A DNA stretch of 64,000 nucleotides, taken from Shigella phage JK23. Shown one piece after another: positions 11,989-22,125 of the stretch. The stretch lies in the sequence record MK962752; one strand, 5' to 3'. The notes under the pieces were generated by a model. It had not been told where the DNA came from. It did not search any database and saw nothing but the letters and a program-made list of their open reading frames with translations. Position numbers and translations under genes: made by a program. Within the stretch, counting starts at the first letter, position 1, and every line of letters starts with the position of its first letter.

Positions 11989-13407
11989 TTATGGATAGGT
12001 ATAGATGATACCAGTTTCTAAAGCAGTTTTATGAATGATGTATCCATTACGCGATTCTTGAACATCAACTTCTGGATAGTCTTTCATCATCTTCTGAAGA
12101 GTGTAACGATGTAGGTAATATTTACTATCTGGGTCGTCAGTTTTCCAATCTTTACCTTCTTCGGTCATTTTTTGGATTTCATCCATAACCCACCAACCGC
12201 ACCAGATATAAGCTGAAGTACGATGTGGAAGAGGATGAACATAAGGTAGTTCACCTTCTGGTTCTGGAGCAACTTTATCAGTTACCTGAACTTGACCTTC
12301 TGCTGTAATAGTTTTGCTATCGTAATCAGTTGCAGTAACGACAGCAGTAACTTCAATAGTTTGACTTCCAACAGATGAGGTATCGACAGTATATACGTTA
12401 GTTGACCCTTCTACAGGAGAAGAATCTTTCTTCCATGAGTAAGTAATTTGTGCTTCTTCTGGAGCACCCGTAACATTAGCCGTAAATGTAGCCGAAGCAT
12501 CTTGCTGAACATTAATAGAAGGAGGAGTCAATGTAACCTGTGGATTCATTGTCTTCTTATTAACTGTCAATGATACTTCATTAGAAGTAACTTCCTTTTC
12601 ATTGTAATTTTCAGCAGTTACTTGAGCTACGCATTTAATTCTTTTTACTCCACTTGTAGTTGGAGTATAGTTAAATGTAGAGTTAGTTTCTCCACCAATT
12701 TGTGAATCATCTACATACCACTGATACGTAGCAGACGCTCCATCAGGTTGAGAAGCTAAGGCAGCAGTAAATTGAACTGGGGTTCCGATTACTCCCGCTG
12801 GAGGACTATCAGGAGTTACTGCCAAAGTAGTTGTCTGCGTCTTTTTATTAACAGTCAGTGACACTTCATTGGAAGTAACTTCCTTTGTATCATAATCTGT
12901 CGCGGTTACTTGAGCTACGCACTTAATTGTTTTAACTCCGCTTGCGTCAGGAGTGTAATTGAATGTAGTGCTAGTTGCTTCGCCCACAGGAGAACCGTCA
13001 ACGTACCATTGATACGTAGCGTTTGCACCTGATGGCTGTGAAGCTAAGGCAGCGGTAAATTCAATTGGAGTTCCAATCACTCCAGCATCAGGGCTACCAG
13101 GAGTTACTGCCAAAGTAGTTGTTTGTGTCTTATTTTGAACTGTGATAGTTGTACTAATTTCAGCTGTTTCAGGTTCAGATTCTGCAACTTGATTGGTTGC
13201 AACTACTTTAATAGTCTTTTGACCGGCAGGTCCTTTTAGTACATAACTAAAAGTTGCTGACGTTTCTTCCTGTGGAGCGTCGTCTACAGTCCAAGCATAT
13301 GTAATAGTTCCGCCTCCAGTTTCACCACTGGGTGTAGCAGTAAACTGCTTAGTTTCATCAATAACCCCTGTCGGTGTTTTAGGAGTTATATCAACTGTAA
13401 AAGTCAT
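11989..13407 (-). CDS. hoc: highly immunogenic outer capsid protein Hoc (4 Ig-like domains)
   Basis: 472-aa ORF of Thr/Val-rich Ig-like repeats with C-terminal capsid-binding region; translationally coupled downstream of inh. Confidence 0.85.
   Translation of the reverse strand: MTFTVDITPKTPTGVIDETKQFTATPSGETGGGTITYAWTVDDAPQEETSATFSYVLKGPAGQKTIKVVATNQVAESEPETAEISTTITVQNKTQTTTLAVTPGSPDAGVIGTPIEFTAALASQPSGANATYQWYVDGSPVGEATSTTFNYTPDASGVKTIKCVAQVTATDYDTKEVTSNEVSLTVNKKTQTTTLAVTPDSPPAGVIGTPVQFTAALASQPDGASATYQWYVDDSQIGGETNSTFNYTPTTSGVKRIKCVAQVTAENYNEKEVTSNEVSLTVNKKTMNPQVTLTPPSINVQQDASATFTANVTGAPEEAQITYSWKKDSSPVEGSTNVYTVDTSSVGSQTIEVTAVVTATDYDSKTITAEGQVQVTDKVAPEPEGELPYVHPLPHRTSAYIWCGWWVMDEIQKMTEEGKDWKTDDPDSKYYLHRYTLQKMMKDYPEVDVQESRNGYIIHKTALETGIIYTYP
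12556..13131 (-). repeat. tandem pair of ~288-bp units encoding two near-identical 96-aa Ig-like domains within hoc
   Basis: Protein residues 93-188 and 189-284 are about 85 percent identical (KTQTTTLAVTP...EVSLTVNK). Confidence 0.8.
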
Positions 13408-13416
13408 AAGTTATCC

Positions 13417-14097
13417 TTATTTTAATGTTACGAAAGAAGAATTACGTGTTTCACGAATTAGAACTGATCCGTCACGATTAATGTAGTAAATTAAGCTAAA
13501 TAAAGTTTGGTGTGCCGACGCATGTTCAAAACTAGTTGGGTGAGATTTCCAATCTGGGGTTTCAGCAATCCATTGATAAATCCACCAAGGAACAGTGCAG
13601 AATCCTGGATTTTTTCCAATCAGCTGAAGATTCGGACTAAAGTTTTCCGGAAGAGTAAATACAGACGGCTTTTCAGATTCAATAATCTCAGCTACAGCCT
13701 GTTCGAATTTTTCTTCAACAAAAGGAGTATCTTCAATTAAAACAGTGGTATTTTCAGGAATTTTATCCGTTTCTACTACTTCAATTTTAATGTCAGATTT
13801 AACCGGAGAATCAATCAAAAGTGCTGCCTCTGGATTGACTTCTTCATCGTCATATTTTAATCCGTCTGCGGCATCAGCAGCATCAATTAAGTCTTTAATA
13901 GATAACCCATCAGTCTCTGGCATAGGTTCACTAGCGAGCTTCTGGAGAGCTTCTTCAATATCATTAACGATATTATCAAAAGATTTATTCTTTTTGACCT
14001 TTATACCAAACTGTTCAGCATATTCAGCTAATTTAGCTTTAGCTTCTTTATTATCATCAAGAGCCTTCAGCTCTGCAATATAATCTTTATCTATCAT
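13417..14097 (-). CDS. inh: inhibitor of prohead protease Inh
   Basis: 226-aa ORF; size and position match T4 inh. Confidence 0.8.
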   Translation of the reverse strand: MIDKDYIAELKALDDNKEAKAKLAEYAEQFGIKVKKNKSFDNIVNDIEEALQKLASEPMPETDGLSIKDLIDAADAADGLKYDDEEVNPEAALLIDSPVKSDIKIEVVETDKIPENTTVLIEDTPFVEEKFEQAVAEIIESEKPSVFTLPENFSPNLQLIGKNPGFCTVPWWIYQWIAETPDWKSHPTSFEHASAHQTLFSLIYYINRDGSVLIRETRNSSFVTLK

Positions 14098-14110
14098 AAT
14101 ATTTCCTCAG

Positions 14111-14118
14111 TATAAATA
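14111..14118 (+). promoter_or_regulatory. late promoter TATAAATA (uvsW)
   Basis: Exact motif 30 bp upstream of uvsW ATG. Confidence 0.6.
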
Positions 14119-14147
14119 TAGATATATTTATTACATGGTATTTAGAC

Positions 14148-15659
14148 ATGACTGACATTAAAGTACATTTTTATGATTTTAGTCACGTGAGAATTGATTG
14201 CGAAGAAAGTACATTTCATGAACTCCGTGATTTCTTTAGCTTTGAAGCTGATGGGTATCGTTTTAATCCGAAGTACAAATATGGCCACTGGGATGGACGA
14301 ATTCGTCTTTTAGATTATAATCGCCTTCTTCCATTCGGTTTAGTCGGGCAAATTAAAAAGTTCTGCGATAACTTTGGCTATAAAGCCTGGATTGACCCAC
14401 AGATTAACGAAAAAGAAGAATTATCAAGAAAAGATTTTGATGAATGGCTTTCTAAATTAGAAATCTATTCAGGAAATAAAAGAATTGAACCGCATTGGTA
14501 TCAAAAAGATGCAGTGTTCGAAGGATTAGTTAATCGTCGTAGAATTCTTAATCTTCCAACATCCGCAGGTAAATCTTTAATTCAAGCTTTGCTTGCTCGG
14601 TATTATTTGGAAAATTATGAAGGCAAAATTCTTATCATTGTTCCAACAACTGCTCTAACAACTCAGATGGCTGATGACTTCGTTGACTATCGTTTATTCA
14701 GTCATGCAATGATAAAGAAAATTGGTGGCGGAGCATCAAAAGATGATAAATATAAAAATGATGCACCAGTCGTTGTTGGTACATGGCAAACTGTAGTAAA
14801 ACAACCGAAAGAATGGTTCTCACAGTTTGGAATGATGATGAATGATGAATGCCATCTTGCTACAGGAAAAAGTATTTCATCTATCATATCAGGTTTAAAT
14901 AACTGCATGTTCAAATTTGGTCTATCTGGTTCATTACGTGATGGCAAAGCCAATATCATGCAGTATGTTGGAATGTTTGGTGAAATATTTAAGCCAGTAA
15001 CGACTTCTAAGTTAATGGAAGATGGACAAGTAACTGAGCTAAAAATTAATAGTATTTTTCTTCGCTATCCCGATGAGTTCACTACTAAATTAAAGGGAAA
15101 AACTTATCAAGAAGAAATAAAAATTATTACGGGGCTTAGTAAAAGAAATAAATGGATCGCTAAATTGGCTATTAAGCTTGCACAAAAAGATGAAAACGCT
15201 TTTGTCATGTTTAAACATGTATCACATGGTAAAGCTATTTTCGATTTAATTAAAAATGAATACGATAAAGTTTATTACGTATCAGGGGAAGTTGATACCG
15301 AAACCCGCAATATAATGAAAACCTTAGCTGAAAATGGTAAAGGAATAATTATAGTAGCTAGTTATGGTGTATTTTCTACTGGTATTTCAGTTAAAAATCT
15401 GCATCACGTTGTTTTAGCACACGGTGTTAAATCTAAAATTATTGTATTGCAAACAATAGGTCGCGTATTACGTAAACATGGTTCTAAAACAATCGCAACA
15501 GTCTGGGACCTCATAGATGACTGTGGTGTCAAGCCAAAATCTGCTAATACTAAAAAGAAATATGTTCACTTGAACTATCTTTTAAAACACGGCATTGATC
15601 GTATTCAGCGCTACGCAGATGAAAAATTTAATTACGTAATGAAAACAGTTAATTTATAA
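14148..15659 (+). CDS. uvsW: UvsW RNA-DNA/DNA-DNA helicase
   Basis: 503-aa ORF with SF2 helicase motifs (PTSAGKS Walker A, DECH box). Confidence 0.92.
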   Translation: MTDIKVHFYDFSHVRIDCEESTFHELRDFFSFEADGYRFNPKYKYGHWDGRIRLLDYNRLLPFGLVGQIKKFCDNFGYKAWIDPQINEKEELSRKDFDEWLSKLEIYSGNKRIEPHWYQKDAVFEGLVNRRRILNLPTSAGKSLIQALLARYYLENYEGKILIIVPTTALTTQMADDFVDYRLFSHAMIKKIGGGASKDDKYKNDAPVVVGTWQTVVKQPKEWFSQFGMMMNDECHLATGKSISSIISGLNNCMFKFGLSGSLRDGKANIMQYVGMFGEIFKPVTTSKLMEDGQVTELKINSIFLRYPDEFTTKLKGKTYQEEIKIITGLSKRNKWIAKLAIKLAQKDENAFVMFKHVSHGKAIFDLIKNEYDKVYYVSGEVDTETRNIMKTLAENGKGIIIVASYGVFSTGISVKNLHHVVLAHGVKSKIIVLQTIGRVLRKHGSKTIATVWDLIDDCGVKPKSANTKKKYVHLNYLLKHGIDRIQRYADEKFNYVMKTVNL

Positions 15660-15671
15660 GGGCTTCGGCCC
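15660..15671 (+). terminator. intercistronic hairpin after uvsW
   Basis: GGGC-TTCG-GCCC immediately after stop. Confidence 0.5.
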
Positions 15672-15684
15672 TTTGGAGAAAAAG

Positions 15685-15915
15685 ATGTTACTAGAATTTA
15701 AACAATTTCTTTATGAAGCTTCTATTGATGAATTTATGGGTAAAATTGCCTCTTGTCAAACATTAGAAGGTTTAGAAGAACTTGAAGCTTATTATAAGAA
15801 AAGAGTTAAAGAAACTGAATTAAAAGATACTGATGACATCTCAGTCAGAGATGCTTTGGCAGGAAAAAGAGCTGAATTAGAAGATTCAGACGATGAAGTA
15901 GAAGAAAGCTTTTAA
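15685..15915 (+). CDS. uvsW.1: UvsW.1 small protein
   Basis: Track start 15673 is TTG; ATG 15685 after GGAGAA RBS gives 76 aa as in T4 UvsW.1. Confidence 0.75.
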   Translation: MLLEFKQFLYEASIDEFMGKIASCQTLEGLEELEAYYKKRVKETELKDTDDISVRDALAGKRAELEDSDDEVEESF

Positions 15916-15970
15916 ATTAAAAAAGGCCCAACCAAAAAGGAAGGGCCAAAACTATAGACTAAAGGTCACA

Positions 15971-16138
15971 CTATAGCAAAAGTTGCGTTTCATTTAATTG
16001 TTCTTCCGAACTTTCTGAAACTGGTAGTTCTTTAATGTAATTATAGCAAGGCCCAGGATGTACAGGACCTTTGTCTGTTTCAACAACCAATGCAGAATCG
16101 ATTGGAGTTTTACAGACAACACAAATCTTATCTGACAT
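15971..16138 (-). CDS. uvsY.-2: small Cys-containing protein (uvsY.-2-like), 55 aa
   Basis: Not in ORF track (<60 aa); ATG 16138 preceded by GAGGAG RBS; product MSDKICVVCKTPIDS...HPGPCYNY. Confidence 0.6.
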   Translation of the reverse strand: MSDKICVVCKTPIDSALVVETDKGPVHPGPCYNYIKELPVSESSEEQLNETQLLL

Positions 16139-16166
16139 GATTGTCTCCTCTGAATTATATATCTAT

Positions 16167-16391
16167 TTATACAACTCTCATATGCATATCAATGCCCATA
16201 TCTTTAGAATAAAAATATTCATCAAGATATCCGGCAAATTTTCCTTTAATATAAAGAACATCTTCACCGCACGGGTGGTCGGCCAGGATACGAATATCCT
16301 GACGCTTAAGATTATGCTTTTTCATTAAGAATTGAATTTCCGTTTCAAATTCTTCTTCATAATTAAAAGCATCATCAATGTTATATCTCAT
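16167..16391 (-). CDS. uvsY.-1: hypothetical protein uvsY.-1
   Basis: 74-aa ORF, ATG start overlapping uvsY stop. Confidence 0.65.
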   Translation of the reverse strand: MRYNIDDAFNYEEEFETEIQFLMKKHNLKRQDIRILADHPCGEDVLYIKGKFAGYLDEYFYSKDMGIDMHMRVV

Positions 16392-16804
16392 TATTTTCCA
16401 GCCTCAAATGCTCGCATGTCTTGAATATGCTTAATAGCAAATCCACGTGATTTAATAGCATCAAGAGCTCCGCTACAGAAATCTAATAAAATCCCCCAAT
16501 ACTGTAACGAGGTATCAACTTTTAAAACATCCTTATCAGCTGATAGAACTGTCTTCATTTCTGATTTCTCGTAACGATCCATACTAAATTCATCACCATC
16601 TCCTCGTCCCGAGTAGTAGTCTAATTTAGCTTTAAGAGCAACTTTTTTCTGTGCATCAATTCTAAGCATTTCCTTTTTAATACTTGAATGCTTATTAAGC
16701 CATTTACTATATAACATCACATTATTAGCTGCTTCATACTGTAATTTAGTCGAATCTATAAACACATCTTTCTTCAATTCTTCTTGAAGATCTTCTAATC
16801 TCAT
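16391..16804 (-). CDS. uvsY: UvsY recombination mediator
   Basis: 137-aa ORF matching T4 UvsY length; MotA-type middle promoter upstream. Confidence 0.9.
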   Translation of the reverse strand: MRLEDLQEELKKDVFIDSTKLQYEAANNVMLYSKWLNKHSSIKKEMLRIDAQKKVALKAKLDYYSGRGDGDEFSMDRYEKSEMKTVLSADKDVLKVDTSLQYWGILLDFCSGALDAIKSRGFAIKHIQDMRAFEAGK

Positions 16805-16844
16805 ATTGTTCTCTATTCAATTGTTATTGGATGGACTTAGATTC

Positions 16845-16873
16845 ATTATACCACGTTTATACGTGAAGCATTA
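16845..16873 (-). promoter_or_regulatory. MotA-dependent middle promoter of uvsY
   Basis: On - strand: TAATGCTTCA (MotA box), 13-bp spacer, TATAAT. Confidence 0.65.
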
Positions 16874-17269
16874 TACTCTATTACTGGAAGCCAGTTGTAG
16901 TTTTATCTGCTCAATATCATCAGGGTTATCGATGACTGAAAAGCGTATTTCTACTATCAAAGTATAATCATCATAAACCGGTATTACATTAACTGCTAAT
17001 TTATCAATACGTGGCTCATAGTTTCTTACTGCGCTTTCGATATTACGCTCAACCGTGTCAGCAGTAAGAGGAGTCATATTCTCAAAAAGTTGGTCAGATA
17101 AATCACATCCAAATTCAGGGTCAAACGGTCTTGAACCTTTTCTTGTTGTAATAATTCCTAAAAGACTATTTTTAATTGACCTTAATCCAAGTGATCTTGA
17201 AACGTCTTTGTTCCAATCCATTTTCATCTCTGGGTCAATATCAGAATAAAGCTTATTAATATTTGCCAT
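16871..17269 (-). CDS. 25: baseplate wedge protein gp25
   Basis: 132-aa ORF; position and size match T4 gp25. Confidence 0.9.
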   Translation of the reverse strand: MANINKLYSDIDPEMKMDWNKDVSRSLGLRSIKNSLLGIITTRKGSRPFDPEFGCDLSDQLFENMTPLTADTVERNIESAVRNYEPRIDKLAVNVIPVYDDYTLIVEIRFSVIDNPDDIEQIKLQLASSNRV

Positions 17270-17895
17270 TACAATAGCTCAAAGAATTCTTTGAGTCCTC
17301 TTATTACATGAGCGTGAGTTTTTCCACACTCTGGACACTTAATTGGAACAGCCAAATAAACAGTAGGCTTTAAAAGCATATCTTTTATAGCTACAATATC
17401 TGACTCTGTGATGATAGAATATAAATCTTCCAATTCTTTTTCATTTAAGTCTTCAACTGGAATGCTTTCACCGTTAGCATGAATCGTTTCTATACATGAT
17501 ACTATCATGTGGGCTATATTTTTATCATCAAAAATTTTAGGGTAATGGAATTTAATTTTAATGTCACCCAGTGTATACCAGAGGTCTTCTGGTGCATCTA
17601 TTTGTGCATGTAATAGATTTATATGGGTTGGTATTTCAGTTCCACAGGTGCACTTCCAGGAGTTTTCGTGATTAACTTCTCCAAGAGAATGTGCCCATAA
17701 ATGAATCAACAATAGTTCTGATTCTTGGCGGTTTAAATCTTTTGCATTTGTGCAGTCTTTGATTAGCTTTTTAACAATTACTTCTACAGAACCATTATTT
17801 TTGGCAGTAATAAGTTCTAGATATTCTTTAAGCGTGAATGCGCGACAATTGATTATTTTAGAACCAACTCTCACATCAAATTTGTATTCATACAT
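17269..17895 (-). CDS. 26: baseplate hub protein gp26
   Basis: 208-aa ORF; position and size match T4 gp26. Confidence 0.88.
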   Translation of the reverse strand: MYEYKFDVRVGSKIINCRAFTLKEYLELITAKNNGSVEVIVKKLIKDCTNAKDLNRQESELLLIHLWAHSLGEVNHENSWKCTCGTEIPTHINLLHAQIDAPEDLWYTLGDIKIKFHYPKIFDDKNIAHMIVSCIETIHANGESIPVEDLNEKELEDLYSIITESDIVAIKDMLLKPTVYLAVPIKCPECGKTHAHVIRGLKEFFELL

Positions 17896-17916
17896 ATTTA
17901 GCTCCTTTATTTATCA

Positions 17917-17924
17917 TATTTATA
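17917..17924 (-). promoter_or_regulatory. late promoter TATAAATA on - strand (genes 26-25)
   Basis: Plus-strand TATTTATA overlapping the + strand motif by 4 bp. Confidence 0.6.
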
Positions 17925-17928
17925 AATA
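17921..17928 (+). promoter_or_regulatory. late promoter TATAAATA (gene 51)
   Basis: Exact motif in the 26/51 divergent intergenic region. Confidence 0.65.
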
Positions 17929-17945
17929 GAATAAAAGGAGCATCT

Positions 17946-18695
17946 ATGGCAAACATTATTCGTTGTAAATTACCAGATGGTGTTCATCGTTTTAAACCAT
18001 TTACGGTAGAAGATTATCGAGATTTTTTGTTAGTTCGAAACGATATAGAACATCGGTCACCGCAAGAACAAAAAGAAATAATTACTGATTTAATTGATGA
18101 TTATTTTGGAGACTATCCGAAGACTTGGCAACCATTTATATTTTTGCAGGTATTTGTAGGGTCGATAGGTAAAACTAAAGTACCGGTCACATTTGTATGT
18201 CCAAAATGTAAAAAAGAAAAGACAGTTCCATTTGAAATATATCAAAAAGAATTAAAGGAACCTGTTTTTGATGTAGCTAATGTTAAAATTAAATTAAAGT
18301 TTCCTTCTGAGTTTTATGAAAATAAAGCAAAGATGATTACTGAAAATATTCATTCCGTCCAAGTAGATGAAATTTGGTATGATTGGAAGGAAATTAGTGA
18401 ATCAAGTCAAATAGAACTTGTTGATGCTATCGAGATAGAAACATTAGAAAAAATTCTCGATGCAATGAATCCTATTAATTTAACTCTACATATGTCATGC
18501 TGTAATAAGTACATTAAAAAATACACTGATATAGTAGACGTGTTTAAGCTATTAGTTAACCCAGATGAGATATTTACTTTTTATCAAATTAATCACACAC
18601 TCGTAAAAAGTAATTATAGCTTAAATTCAATAATGAAAATGATTCCTGCCGAGCGCGGATTCGTATTAAAACTGATTGAGAAGGATAAACAATAA
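17946..18695 (+). CDS. 51: baseplate hub assembly protein gp51
   Basis: 249-aa ORF divergent from 26; matches T4 gp51. Confidence 0.88.
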   Translation: MANIIRCKLPDGVHRFKPFTVEDYRDFLLVRNDIEHRSPQEQKEIITDLIDDYFGDYPKTWQPFIFLQVFVGSIGKTKVPVTFVCPKCKKEKTVPFEIYQKELKEPVFDVANVKIKLKFPSEFYENKAKMITENIHSVQVDEIWYDWKEISESSQIELVDAIEIETLEKILDAMNPINLTLHMSCCNKYIKKYTDIVDVFKLLVNPDEIFTFYQINHTLVKSNYSLNSIMKMIPAERGFVLKLIEKDKQ

Positions 18696-19870
18696 TGAGT
18701 ATGTTGCAACGCCCCGGATATCCAAATCTCAGCGTTAAATTATTTGATAGCTACGACGCTTGGAGTAATAATAGATTTGTTGAATTAGCTGCTACTATTA
18801 CTACATTAACTATGCGGGATTCTCTTTATGGCCGAAATGAAGGAATGCTGCAATTTTATGATTCTAAAAACATCCATACAAAAATGGATGGAAATGAAAT
18901 AATTCAGATTTCTGTAGCTAATGCAAATGATATTAATAATGTTAAAACACGAATTTATGGATGTAAGCATTTTTCCGTGTCAGTAGATTCAAAAGGTGAT
19001 AACATCATTGCTATTGAATTGGGAACTATTCATTCTATAGAAAATCTTAAATTTGGTAGACCATTTTTCCCTGATGCAGGTGAATCTATAAAAGAAATGC
19101 TTGGTGTCATTTATCAGGATCGCACATTATTAACTCCAGCAATAAATGCTATAAATGCTTATGTTCCTGATATTCCATGGACTAGCACATTTGAAAACTA
19201 TTTGTCATATGTAAGAGAAGTTGCTCTAGCTGTAGGAAGCGACAAATTTGTATTTGTATGGCAAGACATCATGGGAGTTAACATGATGGACTATGATATG
19301 ATGATAAATCAAGAACCATATCCAATGATTGTCGGTGAGCCATCTTTAATAGGTCAATTTGTCCAAGAATTAAAATATCCATTAGCATATGATTTCGTTT
19401 GGTTGACTAAATCGAATCCTCACAAACGTGATCCAATGAAAAACGCTACTATCTATGCGCATTCATTTTTAGATTCTTCATTACCAATGATTACTACAGG
19501 AAAGGGTGAAAACTCTATTGTAGTGTCAAGGTCAGGTGCTTATTCTGAAATGACTTATAGGAATGGATATGAAGAAGCTATTCGTCTTCAAACTATGGCA
19601 CAATATGACGGCTATGCTAAATGTTCTACTGTCGGTAATTTTAACTTGACTCCTGGCGTTAAAATTATTTTTAATGATAGTAAAAACCAATTTAAAACAG
19701 AATTTTACGTTGATGAAGTTATCCATGAATTATCCAATAATAATTCAGTAACTCATCTATATATGTTCACTAATGCAACGAAACTGGAAACAATAGACCC
19801 AGTTAAGGTTAAAAATGAATTTAAATCTGATACTACCACTGAAGAAAGTAGTTCTTCCAATAAGCAATAA
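18695..19870 (+). CDS. 27: baseplate hub protein gp27
   Basis: 391-aa ORF; matches T4 gp27. Confidence 0.9.
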   Translation: MSMLQRPGYPNLSVKLFDSYDAWSNNRFVELAATITTLTMRDSLYGRNEGMLQFYDSKNIHTKMDGNEIIQISVANANDINNVKTRIYGCKHFSVSVDSKGDNIIAIELGTIHSIENLKFGRPFFPDAGESIKEMLGVIYQDRTLLTPAINAINAYVPDIPWTSTFENYLSYVREVALAVGSDKFVFVWQDIMGVNMMDYDMMINQEPYPMIVGEPSLIGQFVQELKYPLAYDFVWLTKSNPHKRDPMKNATIYAHSFLDSSLPMITTGKGENSIVVSRSGAYSEMTYRNGYEEAIRLQTMAQYDGYAKCSTVGNFNLTPGVKIIFNDSKNQFKTEFYVDEVIHELSNNNSVTHLYMFTNATKLETIDPVKVKNEFKSDTTTEESSSSNKQ

Positions 19871-20348
19871 AGAAGTTTCTATTCCTAAAATGGGTCTTAA
19901 GCATTATAACATTTTAAAAGATGTTAAAGGTCCTGATGAAAATTTAAAACTTCTTATTGATTCTATTTGTCCGAATTTATCACCGGCAGAAGTTGATTTC
20001 GTTTCTATTCATTTATTGGAATTTAATGGAAAGATTAAATCTCGTAAAGAAATAGATGGCTATACTTATGACATTAATGATGTTTATGTGTGCCAAAGAT
20101 TAGAATTTCAATACCAAGGAAATACATTTTATTTTAGACCTCCTGGAAAATTTGAACAATTTTTAACGGTGAGCGATATGTTGTCTAAATGCTTGCTTAA
20201 GGTCAATGATGAAGTTAAAGAAATTAATTTTCTTGAGATGCCAGCATTCGTTTTAAAATGGGCAAATGATATTTTTACAACTTTAGCAATTCCTGGCCCT
20301 AATGGTCCAATAACTGGAATTGGCAATATTATTGGATTATTTGAATGA
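19815..20348 (+). CDS. 28: baseplate hub distal protein gp28
   Basis: 177-aa ORF overlapping the 3' end of gene 27 in another frame, as in T4. Confidence 0.85.
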   Translation: MNLNLILPLKKVVLPISNKEVSIPKMGLKHYNILKDVKGPDENLKLLIDSICPNLSPAEVDFVSIHLLEFNGKIKSRKEIDGYTYDINDVYVCQRLEFQYQGNTFYFRPPGKFEQFLTVSDMLSKCLLKVNDEVKEINFLEMPAFVLKWANDIFTTLAIPGPNGPITGIGNIIGLFE

Positions 20349-22117
20349 AAAAGCCACAAGAAATGCAAACGATGCGTAGAAAAGTTATTTCAGATAATAA
20401 ACCAACGCAGGAAGCGGCTAAATCCGCTTCCAACACTTTATCTGGACTTAATGATATATCTACGAAATTGGATGATGCCCAAGCTGCTTCTGAATTAATA
20501 GCTCAAACTGTCGAAGAAAAATCGAATGAAATAGTTGGAGCAATTGGTAACGTAGAAAGCGCAGTGAGTGATACTACTGCCGGTTCTGAGTTAATTGCTG
20601 AAACTGTCGAAATTGGCAACAATATTAATAAAGAAATCGGTGAATCGCTCGGAAGCAAATTAGATAAATTAACAAGTTTACTAGAGCAAAAAATTCAGAC
20701 AGCTGGAATTCAACAGACTGGAACTAGTTTAGCCACGGTTGAAAGCGCTATTCCTGTTAAAGTCGTTGAGGATGATACCGCTGAATCTGTGGGTCCTTTA
20801 TTACCGGCTCCCGAAGCAGTTAATAATGATCCTGACGCTGATTTTTTCCCTACCCCTCAACCAGTTGAACCCAAACAAGAATCGCCAGAAGAAAAACAGA
20901 AAAAAGAAGCATTTAACTTAAAATTATCTCAAGCTTTAGATAAATTAACAAAGACTGTTGATTTTGGATTTAAGAAATCCATTTCAATTAGTGATAAAAT
21001 ATCAAGCATGTTATTTAAGTACACCATAAGTGCTGCTATTGAAGCTGCTAAAATGACTGCAATGATATTGGCTGTTGTTGTTGGAATAGATCTGCTGATG
21101 GTTCACTTTAAATATTGGTCAGATAAATTTTCAAAAGCCTGGGATTTATTTAATACTGATTTTACTAAATTCTCTAGCGAAACCGGAACTTGGGGTCCTT
21201 TATTACAGAGCATCTTTGATTCTATTGATAAAATTAAACAACTTTGGGAAGCGGGAGATTGGGGTGGATTGACAGCAGCTATCGTAGAAGGACTCGGAAG
21301 TGTTCTTTTTAATTTAGGAGAGCTTATTCAATTAGGTATGGCTAAATTATCTGCTGCAATTCTTCGAGTCATTCCTGGTATGAAGGATACCGCTGATGAA
21401 GTAGAAGGAAGAGCATTGGAAAATTTCCAAAATTCTACTGGAGCATCTCTCAATAAAGAAGACCAAGAAAAAGTTGCAAATTATCAAGATAAACGAATGA
21501 ATGGAGACCTTGGTCCGATAGCAAAAGGATTAGATAAAATTGCTAATTGGAAAACTCGTGCATCTAATTGGATTCGTGGGGTTGATAATAAAGAAGCACT
21601 AACTACCGACGAAGAACGTGCAGCAGAAGAAGAAAAATTAAAGCAACTTTCACCTGAAGAAAGAAAAAATGCTTTAATGAAGGCTAATGAAGCACGTGCC
21701 GCGATGATTCGTTTTGAAAAATATGCTGATTCAGCTGATATGAGTAAAGACTCAACGGTTAAATCAGTTGAAGCTGCCTATGAAGACCTTAAAAAACGGA
21801 TGGATGACCCGGATTTAAATAATTCACCGGCAGTTAAAAAAGAACTTGCTGCTAGATTTTCTAAAATTGATGCTACTTATCAAGAGCTCAAGAAAAATCA
21901 GCCTAATGCCAAACCTGAAACTTCTGCTAAATCACCAGAAGCGAAACAAGTCCAGGTGATTGAAAAGAATAAAGCACAGCAAGCTCCTGTTCAACAAGCA
22001 TCTCCTTCGATCAATAATACTAATAATGTTATTAAGAAAAATACTGTCGTTCATAATATGACACCCGTAACGAGCACGACTGCTCCTGGTGTATTTGGCG
22101 CGACTGGAGTTAATTAA
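20345..22117 (+). CDS. 29: tail tape measure / baseplate hub protein gp29
   Basis: 590-aa ORF; size and position match T4 gp29. Confidence 0.9.
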   Translation: MKKPQEMQTMRRKVISDNKPTQEAAKSASNTLSGLNDISTKLDDAQAASELIAQTVEEKSNEIVGAIGNVESAVSDTTAGSELIAETVEIGNNINKEIGESLGSKLDKLTSLLEQKIQTAGIQQTGTSLATVESAIPVKVVEDDTAESVGPLLPAPEAVNNDPDADFFPTPQPVEPKQESPEEKQKKEAFNLKLSQALDKLTKTVDFGFKKSISISDKISSMLFKYTISAAIEAAKMTAMILAVVVGIDLLMVHFKYWSDKFSKAWDLFNTDFTKFSSETGTWGPLLQSIFDSIDKIKQLWEAGDWGGLTAAIVEGLGSVLFNLGELIQLGMAKLSAAILRVIPGMKDTADEVEGRALENFQNSTGASLNKEDQEKVANYQDKRMNGDLGPIAKGLDKIANWKTRASNWIRGVDNKEALTTDEERAAEEEKLKQLSPEERKNALMKANEARAAMIRFEKYADSADMSKDSTVKSVEAAYEDLKKRMDDPDLNNSPAVKKELAARFSKIDATYQELKKNQPNAKPETSAKSPEAKQVQVIEKNKAQQAPVQQASPSINNTNNVIKKNTVVHNMTPVTSTTAPGVFGATGVN

Positions 22118-22125
22118 GGAATAAT

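Noticed and set aside
15918-15947. GGCCC...GGGCC inverted repeat between uvsW.1 and uvsY.-2
   Set aside because: Only a 5-bp stem with a 13-nt loop; too weak to call as a terminator.
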